This document shows positions 25,127 to 34,793 of a DNA stretch of 40,070 bases, one piece after another (the first letter of the stretch is position 1; each line of letters opens with the position of its first letter). The DNA is from a virus (Duplodnaviria; Caudoviricetes), in IMG/VR virus record IMGVR_UViG_3300033109_000116, positions 1-40,070 of that record; one strand, 5' to 3'. Under the pieces are notes generated by a model that saw nothing but the letters and a program-made list of their open reading frames with translations, did no database searches and was not told the DNA's origin. The translations under genes and the position numbers were made by a program.

Positions 25127-25882
25127 ATGTCCTACTACGCATCGTTCCAAGGCCGGGTCTACCTCGGCGAACGCAATCTCAGTGGCGAACCGATCAACGT
25201 CCGTTCGCCAGGCAATGTTGCCGACCTGTCGCTGGCCCTCAAGACCGACGTGATCGAGCACTACGAGAGCCAGACTGGCCAGCGTGCTGTTGATCTGCGC
25301 CTGGTCAAGCAAAAATCTGCGACCGTGGCTCTGACCATCGAGGAGTTCACCAAGGAGAACCTGTCCCTGGCCCTCTATGGCAATCACGTCACCGATGCCG
25401 GCGGCAGCGTCACCAACGAAACGGTCGGCGGGGAGGCACCCGTGATCGGCGACCGTTACTTCCTCGCGCACCCCAAGGTATCGGCCCTGACTGTGGTCGA
25501 TTCCGCCGGCACCCCGGCGAACCTGACTGCCGGCACGCACTACACCGCTGACGAGGATTTTGGGGCCATCCAGTTTCTGGACGTTACTGGCCTCACTGCC
25601 CCGTTCAAGGCGAGCTATACCTTTGGTGCCGTGACCGAGATCGGCATCTTCACCCAGCCGTTGCCGGAGCGCTTCCTGCGTCTCGAAGGGGTGAACACCG
25701 CCGCCGGCAACGCCAAGGTGCTGATCGAACTTTACCGTGTGGCCTTCGACCCGTTGAAGAAGTTCGACATCATCTCAAACGACCTCAACAAGTTCGAGTT
25801 GGAAGGCTCGCTGCTCGCGGACTCGACGAAACCCTATGACGCGGTGCTGGGGCAGTTCGGTCGCATCGTCCAGCTTGGGTGA
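25127..25882 (+). CDS. Major tail tube protein
   Basis: FQGRVY, LRLEGVN, ELYRV, FELEG; precedes chaperone and tape measure. Confidence 0.8.
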   Translation: MSYYASFQGRVYLGERNLSGEPINVRSPGNVADLSLALKTDVIEHYESQTGQRAVDLRLVKQKSATVALTIEEFTKENLSLALYGNHVTDAGGSVTNETVGGEAPVIGDRYFLAHPKVSALTVVDSAGTPANLTAGTHYTADEDFGAIQFLDVTGLTAPFKASYTFGAVTEIGIFTQPLPERFLRLEGVNTAAGNAKVLIELYRVAFDPLKKFDIISNDLNKFELEGSLLADSTKPYDAVLGQFGRIVQLG

Positions 25883-25887
25883 TCGCC

Positions 25888-26310
25888 ATGACCGATAACC
25901 TCTTCGCGGCGCTGCCGCCGGTGCCTGAGTCCCTGGTCATCTGCGGCGAAACAATCGAGATCACGCCCCTCAAGGTTGGCGAACTGCCGATCTTCGCCCG
26001 CACCGTTCGTCCCATCGCCGGCAAGCTCGGCCCCGATCCCGACTGGCTGCGCCTGCTGTCCGAGGACGGCGAGTCGGTGATTCTGGCACTGGCCATCGCC
26101 TGCCGCCGACCGCCGGAGTGGGTGTCGGGGCTGTCTCTGGACGACGCGATCCGGCTGGCCGAGGCGGTATTCGGGGTGAACGCGGATTTTTTTATCCGCC
26201 GAGTGGTACCGGAAATTACGCGGGTGAGCCAAACCCTCGGCACGCTGATCCCTGGTCAGATGCCCTCCAGCGGCTCGTCCGATCCGGCCACAGTTACCCC
26301 GACGTCCTGA
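25888..26310 (+). CDS. Tail assembly chaperone (gpG-like)
   Basis: Position; contains the T7 slippery run. Confidence 0.75.
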   Translation: MTDNLFAALPPVPESLVICGETIEITPLKVGELPIFARTVRPIAGKLGPDPDWLRLLSEDGESVILALAIACRRPPEWVSGLSLDDAIRLAEAVFGVNADFFIRRVVPEITRVSQTLGTLIPGQMPSSGSSDPATVTPTS

Positions 26311-26459
26311 GCTACACGCTCGCGCAACTACGGGCATTTCTCGCGGCCATCGACCGTGATGAACGCGACGATCTGGCGGCGCAGTTCGCCTTGCTGGTTA
26401 CTGCCCAACGCGGCGGCAGCGCCGAGATCAAACAGCTGCTGAAGGAACTCTCTCGATGA
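26187..26459 (+). CDS. -1 frameshift extension of the tail chaperone (gpT-like)
   Basis: T-TTT-TTT at 26187-26193; -1 frame open to TGA 26459, overlapping the next ATG. Confidence 0.75.
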   Translation, partial: FFYPPSGTGNYAGEPNPRHADPWSDALQRLVRSGHSYPDVLSYTLAQLRAFLAAIDRDERDDLAAQFALLVTAQRGGSAEIKQLLKELSR

Positions 26460-27109
26460 AACTCTCGCTCACCACCTCAGGCCTGCTCGACCCGAAGCGG
26501 CTCGACAGCTGGGTGCCGGAGAAGCGCCGGGCGATCCGCAAGGCGGTCGAAGCCGGGATGAAGACCGCAGGCAAGGAGATCGCCCAAGCAGCCCAGTCCC
26601 GGATGCAGTCGGTCTTCAAGGTGAGGAAGGCGGCATTCTTGATGTCGATGCGCCACAAGCTCTACGCTGGCAGTCCCGAGAAATTCCCGGCGCTCCTGGT
26701 CGGCTCGCGCATCTCCTGGCTGGGTGTTCACGTTCGGGGCGGCACCATCGGCGGGCGAATGCTGATTCCGCTCCTGCCCGAGCACCAGCGTATCGGCCGC
26801 AAGGCGTTCCGCCGCGTGATCGACGGCCTGATGCGCGCAGGCAATGCCTTCTTCATCGAGAAGAACGGCAAGGTGATCCTGATGGCCGAGAACATCAAGG
26901 ACAACGGAGCCGAACTGCGCCGGTTCAAGCGTGCCGAACGCGGCCGCACCGGCGCGAAGTCGATCAAGCGTGGCCAGGAGATCCCCATCGCCGTGCTGGT
27001 GCCGAGCGTGATCCTGCGCGGCCGTTTCGACCTACCCGGCATCGTGCGATCGCAAATGCCCAAGCTCTCCACCGCCATCCTTCAACAACTCAACGCACAA
27101 GGTTTGTAA
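26456..27109 (+). CDS. Basic DUF6441/gpZ-like tail completion protein
   Basis: Arg/Lys-rich 217 aa; IPIAVLVPSV; ATGA overlap with the gpT-like frame. Confidence 0.6.
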   Translation: MKLSLTTSGLLDPKRLDSWVPEKRRAIRKAVEAGMKTAGKEIAQAAQSRMQSVFKVRKAAFLMSMRHKLYAGSPEKFPALLVGSRISWLGVHVRGGTIGGRMLIPLLPEHQRIGRKAFRRVIDGLMRAGNAFFIEKNGKVILMAENIKDNGAELRRFKRAERGRTGAKSIKRGQEIPIAVLVPSVILRGRFDLPGIVRSQMPKLSTAILQQLNAQGL

Positions 27110-27112
27110 CCC

Positions 27113-30082
27113 GTGGCCTCTGACCGCGCCCAAATCCTCATCACCGCTATTGACCAGACCAAGGCGGCGCTCGCCTCGGTTAAGGCGAATCTGGAGGGTC
27201 TGTCGTCGGCGGCCGGCAAGGTCAACGGGGTGCTGGCGGGGCTGGGCGCTGCACTTTCTCTGGGCGCGCTGGTTGCCGCCGGCAAGGCCGCGCTCGATAC
27301 CGCCGACAACCTCTCCAAGCTCTCGCAGAAGACCGGCATTTCGGTCGAGTCGCTGTCGCTACTTAAACCCATCGCCGAGCAATCCGGGATCTCGCTGGAG
27401 GGGCTGGCCAAGGGGATGCAGAAGCTGGCGACCGCGATGGTCGAGGCAGCGGGCGGATCGAAGGAGCAGGTCGAGGCCTTCAGCCGGCTGGGCGTCTCGG
27501 TCAAGGATGCTACCGGCCAGCTACGCCCAACCGAGGAAGTGCTACTCGATCTGGCCGATGCCTTCGCCGCTATGCCGGATGGGGCCGAGAAGTCGGCACT
27601 GGCCGTGAAGCTCTTCGGCAAGAGTGGGGTCGAGCTGATCCCCTTCCTCAACCAGGGGCGGGCCGGCATCGAGGAGTTGAAGCAGAAGTTCAAGGAGTTG
27701 GGCCTCGAGATCAGCGGCGACACCGCCAAGGCTGCCGAGAAATTCAACGACACGCTCGACACGGTGAAGCAGGCCCTGCACGGCATCGCCATGAAAGTGG
27801 CTGAAGCGGCGCTGCCGGCCTTGCAGAAACTGGCCGATGCTCTAGTGGCGCTCGCATCCCACGGCGAGGAGATCATGGCCGTGCTGCGGGTACTCGGCGA
27901 GATCGTCGTCACCGTGCTGGCCATTAAAGGTGTCGCAGCGGCGGCCAAGCTGCTCGAAGCGGTGAACGTCCTCAAGGCGGCGTTCATGCGCTTCCTGCCA
28001 GTGCTCGCCGCCGTGGCCGTCTGGGAGATGGGGCGCGGCATTGTGAATATGGTGCAGGACATCCGTGAGACCAACCGCACCATCGACGAGATGAACCGGC
28101 AGCGCCAGCAACTGGAACAGCTGACCGCCGCGATGGAGGAACTGGCCAATACCGGCACGCTCTCCGTCAAAACCCAGATGATGCTGGCCGCGCAGGCCGC
28201 CGAGCGCCTCAGGGCGGCGCTGCCCGGCACGGCGGACGCGCTGCGCGCCATCCAGGGCGCAGCCACCCAAGCCGGCGAAGCGATCCGGCAGGCACTCGAT
28301 GCCGAAACCAAGAAGGCCGCCGAGACGGTCAAGCAACTGTCGGCGAGTTACAAGCAGGTCGCCGCCGACATCAAGGCGATCTGGGATGCCCGTGTCGCCG
28401 AGATCGAGTCAAACTACAAACGGCAGGAAGCGGCGGCGCAGAATGCCGCGCGCTCCGAGGCGGCCGCTATCCGCGAGTCGGCACAAGCATTGCTCTCTGC
28501 CGAGCGCGAGAAACTCGCGGCAGTGGAAGCCGGCGCGCGGCAGATGGAGTCGGCCTGGAAGGCGACCTACGGTCAGGCCGTGGCGCTGGCTCGTGCTGCC
28601 GGCCAGGACGTGCATGCCATCGAGCGGCAGGCGGTCGAGGCGCGCATCGCCATCTACTCGCAACTGGAGTCGGCCTACCGCGCCACTGTCGACCGGCTGA
28701 TTGCCGAAGAGCAGCGCCACCTGCAAGCCACCAAGGCTGCTGACGAAGCCCGGCTCAACCTGCGCCTGTCTGTCGAAGATCGCATCCGCGAACTGTCCCG
28801 CAAGGGCATGGACGAGTACGCGGCCTATCAGGATCGGCTGCGCCAGATCGATGAGAAGCAGGCGCAGGCTCGCGCGGCACTCGCCGACGGCAACTACGAG
28901 CAGGCCCGCAAACTTGCCGAGGAAGCCATCGCCCTGGCCGAACGCACGGCCTCGGCGGTGACCCGCCAGGTCGAGCAGAACGGCAAGACGGTGACGCAGA
29001 CTGTGGTGTCGGAGGGGCAGGCAGCGGCGACCGCCATCGGCGAGATCAAGGAGGCCGCCGGCATTGCCGATGCGGCCCTGAAGGGCTTGGGCGACGCGCA
29101 CAAGCAGGCTGCCAGCGCCGCTGGCCAGGGTGCCGACGAAGCCAAGCGGGCACTCGCATCGGTTGCTGACGAACTGGACAAGCTGCGGAGCCAATTGCTC
29201 GCGCAGGACAAACTCAAACTCGAGGTCGACATCGAGGCCGCGAAGGCCGGCATCGAGAAACTCAAGGCGCTGACCGAGGCGCAGCAGCTGGTCGCCAAGA
29301 TTCAGGCCGACACTAAGGAGGCGCAGTCCTCTCTGGAGAAACTCAAGTCCGACACGGACAATCTGCAACTGCTCGCCAAGGTCGAGGCCGACACGAGCCA
29401 GGTCATTGCTGACATCGACCGGATCAAGGGCACACTGGCCAGCGCCAACGTTGAGATCCCGGCGCTGGTGTCCTTCGATCAGCCCCGCCAGCAGCTGGCG
29501 TCGTTCGCGCAGGATGCGAAGACGGTACTGTCGGCCCCGACCTCGGCCACGCACACCGTGCAGCCCGACCTCAATCAGTACCGGGCGGCCGTGTCGGAAC
29601 TGCTGCGCCCGACATCCAGCACCCACACGATCTACGTCACCAAGGTCTACACCAACGCGCAGGGTGGCCTGATCCAGAAGCTGGCGGAAGGTGGGCAGGC
29701 AATTTCCACCGTAGCCGAGGGGTTCCGGCGAATGTCGGGGCGCATCTTCGGGCCGGGCACCGAAACCTCGGACTCGGTGCCGGCGCTGCTCTCCCACGGT
29801 GAATTCGTGATCCGGGCGGCCAGCGTCCGCAAGTTCGGCGAGGCCTTCTTCGCTTCGCTCAACGCGGGCTTCCTGCCTGCCATGCCGCGCTTCGCCGCTG
29901 GCGGTGCGGTGGGCAATGCCGTGAGCCAGATGGCGATGATGGCAAGCAGCGAAAGCGCATCCGCGCGAGACGTGGTCGATTTGCGCTTCCATGTGGGCGG
30001 CAAGCCACACACCGTGCAGTCCTCGCGCGAGACGGCGATGCAACTGGCGCAGGCACTGCGCGAACTGTCGCGGGGGGCATGA
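27113..30082 (+). CDS. Tape measure protein (989 aa)
   Basis: Ala-rich helical; ILITAIDQT start; LFGKSG; GPGTETSDSVPALLSHGEFVI. Confidence 0.92.
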   Translation: MASDRAQILITAIDQTKAALASVKANLEGLSSAAGKVNGVLAGLGAALSLGALVAAGKAALDTADNLSKLSQKTGISVESLSLLKPIAEQSGISLEGLAKGMQKLATAMVEAAGGSKEQVEAFSRLGVSVKDATGQLRPTEEVLLDLADAFAAMPDGAEKSALAVKLFGKSGVELIPFLNQGRAGIEELKQKFKELGLEISGDTAKAAEKFNDTLDTVKQALHGIAMKVAEAALPALQKLADALVALASHGEEIMAVLRVLGEIVVTVLAIKGVAAAAKLLEAVNVLKAAFMRFLPVLAAVAVWEMGRGIVNMVQDIRETNRTIDEMNRQRQQLEQLTAAMEELANTGTLSVKTQMMLAAQAAERLRAALPGTADALRAIQGAATQAGEAIRQALDAETKKAAETVKQLSASYKQVAADIKAIWDARVAEIESNYKRQEAAAQNAARSEAAAIRESAQALLSAEREKLAAVEAGARQMESAWKATYGQAVALARAAGQDVHAIERQAVEARIAIYSQLESAYRATVDRLIAEEQRHLQATKAADEARLNLRLSVEDRIRELSRKGMDEYAAYQDRLRQIDEKQAQARAALADGNYEQARKLAEEAIALAERTASAVTRQVEQNGKTVTQTVVSEGQAAATAIGEIKEAAGIADAALKGLGDAHKQAASAAGQGADEAKRALASVADELDKLRSQLLAQDKLKLEVDIEAAKAGIEKLKALTEAQQLVAKIQADTKEAQSSLEKLKSDTDNLQLLAKVEADTSQVIADIDRIKGTLASANVEIPALVSFDQPRQQLASFAQDAKTVLSAPTSATHTVQPDLNQYRAAVSELLRPTSSTHTIYVTKVYTNAQGGLIQKLAEGGQAISTVAEGFRRMSGRIFGPGTETSDSVPALLSHGEFVIRAASVRKFGEAFFASLNAGFLPAMPRFAAGGAVGNAVSQMAMMASSESASARDVVDLRFHVGGKPHTVQSSRETAMQLAQALRELSRGA

Positions 30083-32532
30083 TGAAGGAACCGTCGCCAA
30101 CCCCTCAGCCGGATGTAACGCCGCCACCCGGTGGCCCTGTTAAGGCCAACCTCAAGCAGGCGGTGCCCATCGAGTTCTTCACCTGCACCTGGCAGAGCGC
30201 GCAGGACGAGGTGCGCCAGCAGCGTGACTGCGACTGGTGGATCTATGACTGGCCGGGGGCCGATTTCTACTGGCTGTTCGGCAACAACTACTGGTGGATT
30301 CAGCCGCAGCCAGATCACAGTCCGCTGGCACGCCGCTACTACGATCAGGTCGTCAGCGAACTCAACAACGCCACGAGTCAGGCGTACAGCCAGTGCGAGA
30401 GTCGTCACTACGCCTCGCAGTCCGAACCGGAACCCGGCCTGCGTCTCACCATTGCCAGCCGCCTCGGCCGGGGTGGAGTGACGCGCGGTAGCGGCACCGA
30501 ATCCAGCGGTATCGAGGCGCGGCTGTCCGTACCGTTCGCGGGCGGGACGAATCCGCCGCCGCCCACGCCCTGTCCGATGTTACGGCGCGAGCTCTTCGCC
30601 AAGCCGGTCGACTTCAACTACGTGCTGCATGGGCCGGGGGGCGGCAACTTCCGCTGGGAGTGGCGGGATCAGCAGACCGTGACGCCTGACCCGTATTTCG
30701 AGCTTTACGGTCGCACCCTGAAATTCTCCGGCAGCAGCGGTTCGCAGTTCCTCGGCAGCCTGCACCTCATCATCGACCGGCTCGCCGATCTGTGGGTGCG
30801 CTTCGAGTCCCGACCGATCCCGGCCGCCGTCGCGGATCGGGTCGATCCCGCGCAGCCGCTCTCCTATCAGGTCAGCACCGGGAGCGGCTACTTCGGCATC
30901 GCGGCCGTGATCGAGGTCACCCATCTGGAATCGGGACAGATCTGGTACCAGAGCGTGCACGGGTCAAGCTACTCGCCCGGCCAGATGACCACCTACAGCT
31001 GGTGGCCGAGCGGATGGGAACAAATGTCGATGGACGCCAACGGCATCATCAGGCATTACAACGTGGACTGGTTCTACTGGTTCAACACCATCGACCCGGC
31101 CAGCATTGGCCTGCCGACCACCGGCACCTACCGGATGCGCTACATCCTGCTGGCCTACGGCTACCAGACCTACAGCCGTTCGGTGAGCAGCAACGCGCTG
31201 GGCCTCTCCGGTGACACGCGAATGTCGTGGAAGTCGATCTGGCTCTCGCACATGCCGTCGCTGATCAGCTACACGCCGGGGATGACCGACGGCATCATTC
31301 CGCCGTTCGAGGTGACCTACACGCGCAGTCCGGTGCTCTATCCGTGGCCGGCGAACGGAACCGGCACCCTGTTCGATGCCGTGTTCGACATGAAGAACAT
31401 CACCACCTTCCGTTTCGTGATCAAGGTGGGCAACACCTTCGATTTCGCCGTCGGACTTGTGGTGCAAGCCTCGGGCTGGCAGGCGTGGGTGCATCTGGAA
31501 CCGGGCGAGACGAAATGCCTGGCTGGCGGCGTCTCAATTTCCGGGATGGCGAACTGGAATGCCTACCCATTGCATCCGCAGTCGCCGTATTACGGCTGGC
31601 AGGGCAATTGGGGCAGCAGCTACATCTCGATGTACAACGGCCAGTGTTCGATTTCGTTCAGCCTGTTTCTGACGGCACCGGACAATCCGGAAACGACGCC
31701 GGCCAATATGCCCGCGAAGAAGGCCACGCAGCGCTGGTACTGGGATCTGTCCAGCTGGGGCCCGCAATACGAACCCGAGTGGGGGGCGATCAAGAAATAC
31801 GCCCCTGACGGGCGCTACGACTACGAGTACGTCCTTCAGCAATACAACCTAAATGCGGTGGCGATCACGAGCATCAACCGCTCGATCACCAAGCCCAGCT
31901 ACCAGCCGCTGATCAATCCGGCGACCTATTTCGTGACCGGCTACCAGACGACGATGTATGACTGGAGCAGCCCGTGGCACAAGCGCCCTTGGCCCGGTTA
32001 CTCGGGGTGGGGAAGCCTCTCCGCGCCGATCATGATCAACGGCGAACGCCTCACCTGGAACGGATCACAAAACGTCTGGGTGCCGGTGGAGGCGGTATCG
32101 ATCTCGCTCACCCGCGCGATGATGCAGCAGGTGGCGGCAATGCTCGGTGTCACCGAATACGTGGTGATGGATGGCGATGACATTCGCTGGTTCGTGCCGG
32201 TCACCTACAGCCCGCCGACCTATCCCGAGTCGTTCTCGAACGTCTTGTGGATCGACCGCTTCTACACGCGGGGCGGGACGCTGATCGACGATGCGGCGAT
32301 GCGATCCGCCTTCCAGACGGTGATTGCCAACAACGCCGCCAGTTGGTCGAACTACCGAAACATCGTCATCCATCCGTCGGTGCGCTTCGGCAGTTTCCTC
32401 GACAACGGCGGCTTCGAGGTAGGCGACTACCTGCTGGGGCCAAACGGCGACATGGTCGAGGTGGGCAGCCTCGCTGCGCTCAGTTCCGTCAGTACGCGCT
32501 TCCTTTACTACATCAAGCCCGAGTTCCGGTAG
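30079..32532 (+). CDS. Large Trp/Tyr-rich hypothetical protein (817 aa)
   Basis: Long ORF, ATGA overlap with tape measure; no family recognised. Confidence 0.8.
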   Translation: MMKEPSPTPQPDVTPPPGGPVKANLKQAVPIEFFTCTWQSAQDEVRQQRDCDWWIYDWPGADFYWLFGNNYWWIQPQPDHSPLARRYYDQVVSELNNATSQAYSQCESRHYASQSEPEPGLRLTIASRLGRGGVTRGSGTESSGIEARLSVPFAGGTNPPPPTPCPMLRRELFAKPVDFNYVLHGPGGGNFRWEWRDQQTVTPDPYFELYGRTLKFSGSSGSQFLGSLHLIIDRLADLWVRFESRPIPAAVADRVDPAQPLSYQVSTGSGYFGIAAVIEVTHLESGQIWYQSVHGSSYSPGQMTTYSWWPSGWEQMSMDANGIIRHYNVDWFYWFNTIDPASIGLPTTGTYRMRYILLAYGYQTYSRSVSSNALGLSGDTRMSWKSIWLSHMPSLISYTPGMTDGIIPPFEVTYTRSPVLYPWPANGTGTLFDAVFDMKNITTFRFVIKVGNTFDFAVGLVVQASGWQAWVHLEPGETKCLAGGVSISGMANWNAYPLHPQSPYYGWQGNWGSSYISMYNGQCSISFSLFLTAPDNPETTPANMPAKKATQRWYWDLSSWGPQYEPEWGAIKKYAPDGRYDYEYVLQQYNLNAVAITSINRSITKPSYQPLINPATYFVTGYQTTMYDWSSPWHKRPWPGYSGWGSLSAPIMINGERLTWNGSQNVWVPVEAVSISLTRAMMQQVAAMLGVTEYVVMDGDDIRWFVPVTYSPPTYPESFSNVLWIDRFYTRGGTLIDDAAMRSAFQTVIANNAASWSNYRNIVIHPSVRFGSFLDNGGFEVGDYLLGPNGDMVEVGSLAALSSVSTRFLYYIKPEFR

Positions 32533-32541
32533 GAGACACAC

Positions 32542-32922
32542 GTGATCATTTTGGACGGCATTCAACTGCCGGCGGGTCTGCTTTGGTCCGACGAATGGAC
32601 AAGCATCCGTGTCGCGCAGAGCGTGCGCCGCACCCTCGACGGGTCGGTGGTGGTGTTCTACGGCCAGTTGCAAGCCGGGCTGCCCATCACCTTGGAATCT
32701 GAATCGGACGCCGGCTGGTTCACTCGCGCCCAGATCGAGGCACTGGCCCTGCGCGCGGCAAGCCCGGGCGGCGTCTACACCCTGACCCTGCGCGGTGAGT
32801 TGCGGCAGGTGATGTTCCGCCACCAGGACGCACCCGCCTTTGAGGCTAGACCGCTGGTGTCGGTAGCCAATCCACAAGCCGGCGATTTCTACCTCGCCAC
32901 ATTGAAACTCATGACCGTTTGA
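32542..32922 (+). CDS. Distal-tail (Dit)-like protein
   Basis: GTG after AGGAG; LDGIQLP..LLWSDEW...VAQSVRRTLDGSVVV, PITL. Confidence 0.6.
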   Translation: MIILDGIQLPAGLLWSDEWTSIRVAQSVRRTLDGSVVVFYGQLQAGLPITLESESDAGWFTRAQIEALALRAASPGGVYTLTLRGELRQVMFRHQDAPAFEARPLVSVANPQAGDFYLATLKLMTV

Positions 32923-32931
32923 GAGGAAACC

Positions 32932-33942
32932 ATGCCTATTCTCGACAATGAAATCATCTGGCGGCCCGCCGCCCTGATGTCCGACGTCACGCCCGCCCAG
33001 AACGGCGGTCGGATGGCCTTCTCGCAACTGGTGTCCGGGGTGAAGAACAATCTATTCCCGGATGTCTCGCAGTCCGAGCGACTGGCCGGCGCGGTGAAGT
33101 GGCGCAAGGCCTTCATTCACGTGAACAGTGCGCAGGACACGGCGCTACTCAACGTGCGCCTGTTCCTCGACAGTCTGACGCCTGCCGGTGATTTCGTCGT
33201 GTTCCAGCCGGGCACGCAGACCGATACCGAAGATCAGATCGCCGGTCGGCCCTATGGCATCGGCACGCTCTACGCACCCATCGTCGGTGGGGCCGTCCAG
33301 ATTCAGGTGGCCTGCGAACACAATGCCGAGTACGCCACCCTGCAACCGCTTCGGGTCGGCGACGTGGTGCGCGTCTCGGATCGACCGAGCACGGGCGGTG
33401 CCGGCAACGAGGAATGGGTGACGGTCAGCGGTGTGAGCTACGGCACCGATTTCGCCACGGTGGATGTCTCGCCCGCGCTCGTGAACAGCTACGCCACGTT
33501 GAACACGCTGGTATCCAGCGTCCTGGAACGGCCCAGCGCGGTGGCTGGTGTCACCGGGGTGTCGCTCATCAGCGGTGGTGGCAGCTTCGATTCCGCTACC
33601 GCCGGCAACCTCGTCGCCCACAACAAGGGGGCGGTGGAGGAGAACTGGACGCTCACCTTCACGAGCGCCACCACCTTCACGGTGTCGGGCAACACGGTCG
33701 GCACCCTGGCCAGCCCGGGATCGGTCAGCGCAGACTACGCGCCCCTGAATCCGGCGACCGGAACGCCGTACTTCACCATCAAGGCCATCGCTTGGGCTGG
33801 CACGTTCCAGACGAACGACACGGTGACCTTTGCGACGCAGCCTGCCGCGATCCCGATCTGGTATCGACGCCAGGTACCGGCAGGAACATTCAGCCTGGCG
33901 AACGACTTCACGTCGCTGGCCATTCACGGGGAGAGTGCGTGA
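32932..33942 (+). CDS. Minor tail protein
   Basis: NGGRM...VKNNLFPDVS..ERLAG...RKAF; IPIWYRRQVPAG. Confidence 0.65.
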   Translation: MPILDNEIIWRPAALMSDVTPAQNGGRMAFSQLVSGVKNNLFPDVSQSERLAGAVKWRKAFIHVNSAQDTALLNVRLFLDSLTPAGDFVVFQPGTQTDTEDQIAGRPYGIGTLYAPIVGGAVQIQVACEHNAEYATLQPLRVGDVVRVSDRPSTGGAGNEEWVTVSGVSYGTDFATVDVSPALVNSYATLNTLVSSVLERPSAVAGVTGVSLISGGGSFDSATAGNLVAHNKGAVEENWTLTFTSATTFTVSGNTVGTLASPGSVSADYAPLNPATGTPYFTIKAIAWAGTFQTNDTVTFATQPAAIPIWYRRQVPAGTFSLANDFTSLAIHGESA

Positions 33943-34793
33943 TGGCTCGCGTCGGCTTCAAGAAAACCTTTGCTACTGGCACTTTCGACAAGGCGGGTGT
34001 GCAGTCCTTGTTCGGCCATATCAAGAACACGCTTGTTGCCGCCGGTTTCCAGATCATTCTGGATACTCCGGATGGCATCGACGTCATGCCGATAGGCGCG
34101 AACCCTGCCGTGCCAAACGACGACACGCCGCACTGGGCACTCAACCTCCAGGATGCGGATACCACCGCCTACATTCGAGGAATTCCTGTGTTCGGTGCGA
34201 ACTACCTCGACGGGGGAGCCCTCGCGGACAACGGTTTCATCATCGTCAATCCGAACTGGCGCTGGCAGGATCAGAACGCGGAAATCACGTTCTGGTTCGC
34301 CGCTGACGGCGTGGCGGGCTGGTGGTGGCTGCACGCCATCTCGCCCGACGTAAACAGCAGCAATGGCCAGACTATGAGTTTCTCATGCGCAGCCGTGACC
34401 ACCCGTCGTTATCCGTCCGATCAGCATCAAGGGCTCTCGACCCGCTACGGTCTGTGGGATCCCTGGGGCGACTTCTATCCGGCTTACGCAATGGAGACAG
34501 ATGGCACGCAGAATCGTTGGCCCTGGACGGGCACCTGGTCGCCCTTTGGCGAGGGATGGGATTTCAATGGCAAACGCCACCCCGGTTCGCCACTGCCCAA
34601 AATGGCTGTCCCGCAGTTCCCGAATCGTGACGGCGGTGCCGTGTGCATCTACGGAGAGATCAACGAGATTCTGATTCTCACGGATGGCTACGCGCAGGAG
34701 GAACAGGTGGTGCCGGGTTGGGTGGCGATGACCGGCGATGACTGGGATCAACCCTACGCCGTTCCAGCACCTGCCAGCTTCACCGTACTATGA
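33942..34793 (+). CDS. Trp-rich hypothetical tail protein
   Basis: TGATG coupling; start moved to 33942; aromatic-rich. Confidence 0.7.
   Translation: MARVGFKKTFATGTFDKAGVQSLFGHIKNTLVAAGFQIILDTPDGIDVMPIGANPAVPNDDTPHWALNLQDADTTAYIRGIPVFGANYLDGGALADNGFIIVNPNWRWQDQNAEITFWFAADGVAGWWWLHAISPDVNSSNGQTMSFSCAAVTTRRYPSDQHQGLSTRYGLWDPWGDFYPAYAMETDGTQNRWPWTGTWSPFGEGWDFNGKRHPGSPLPKMAVPQFPNRDGGAVCIYGEINEILILTDGYAQEEQVVPGWVAMTGDDWDQPYAVPAPASFTVL

Noticed and set aside
27082-30127. Long antisense ORFs (416 and 572 aa)
   Set aside because: Shadows of the tape measure gene caused by codon bias
33414-33941. 176-aa N-terminal extension of the 33942 gene
   Set aside because: Overlaps the upstream gene; TGATG coupling at 33942 fits better, and no slippery site was noticed
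30079-34793. Diversity-generating retroelement or shufflon acting on tail genes
   Set aside because: No reverse transcriptase, invertase, TR/VR pair or crossover repeats noticed by eye; a self dot-plot would be decisive
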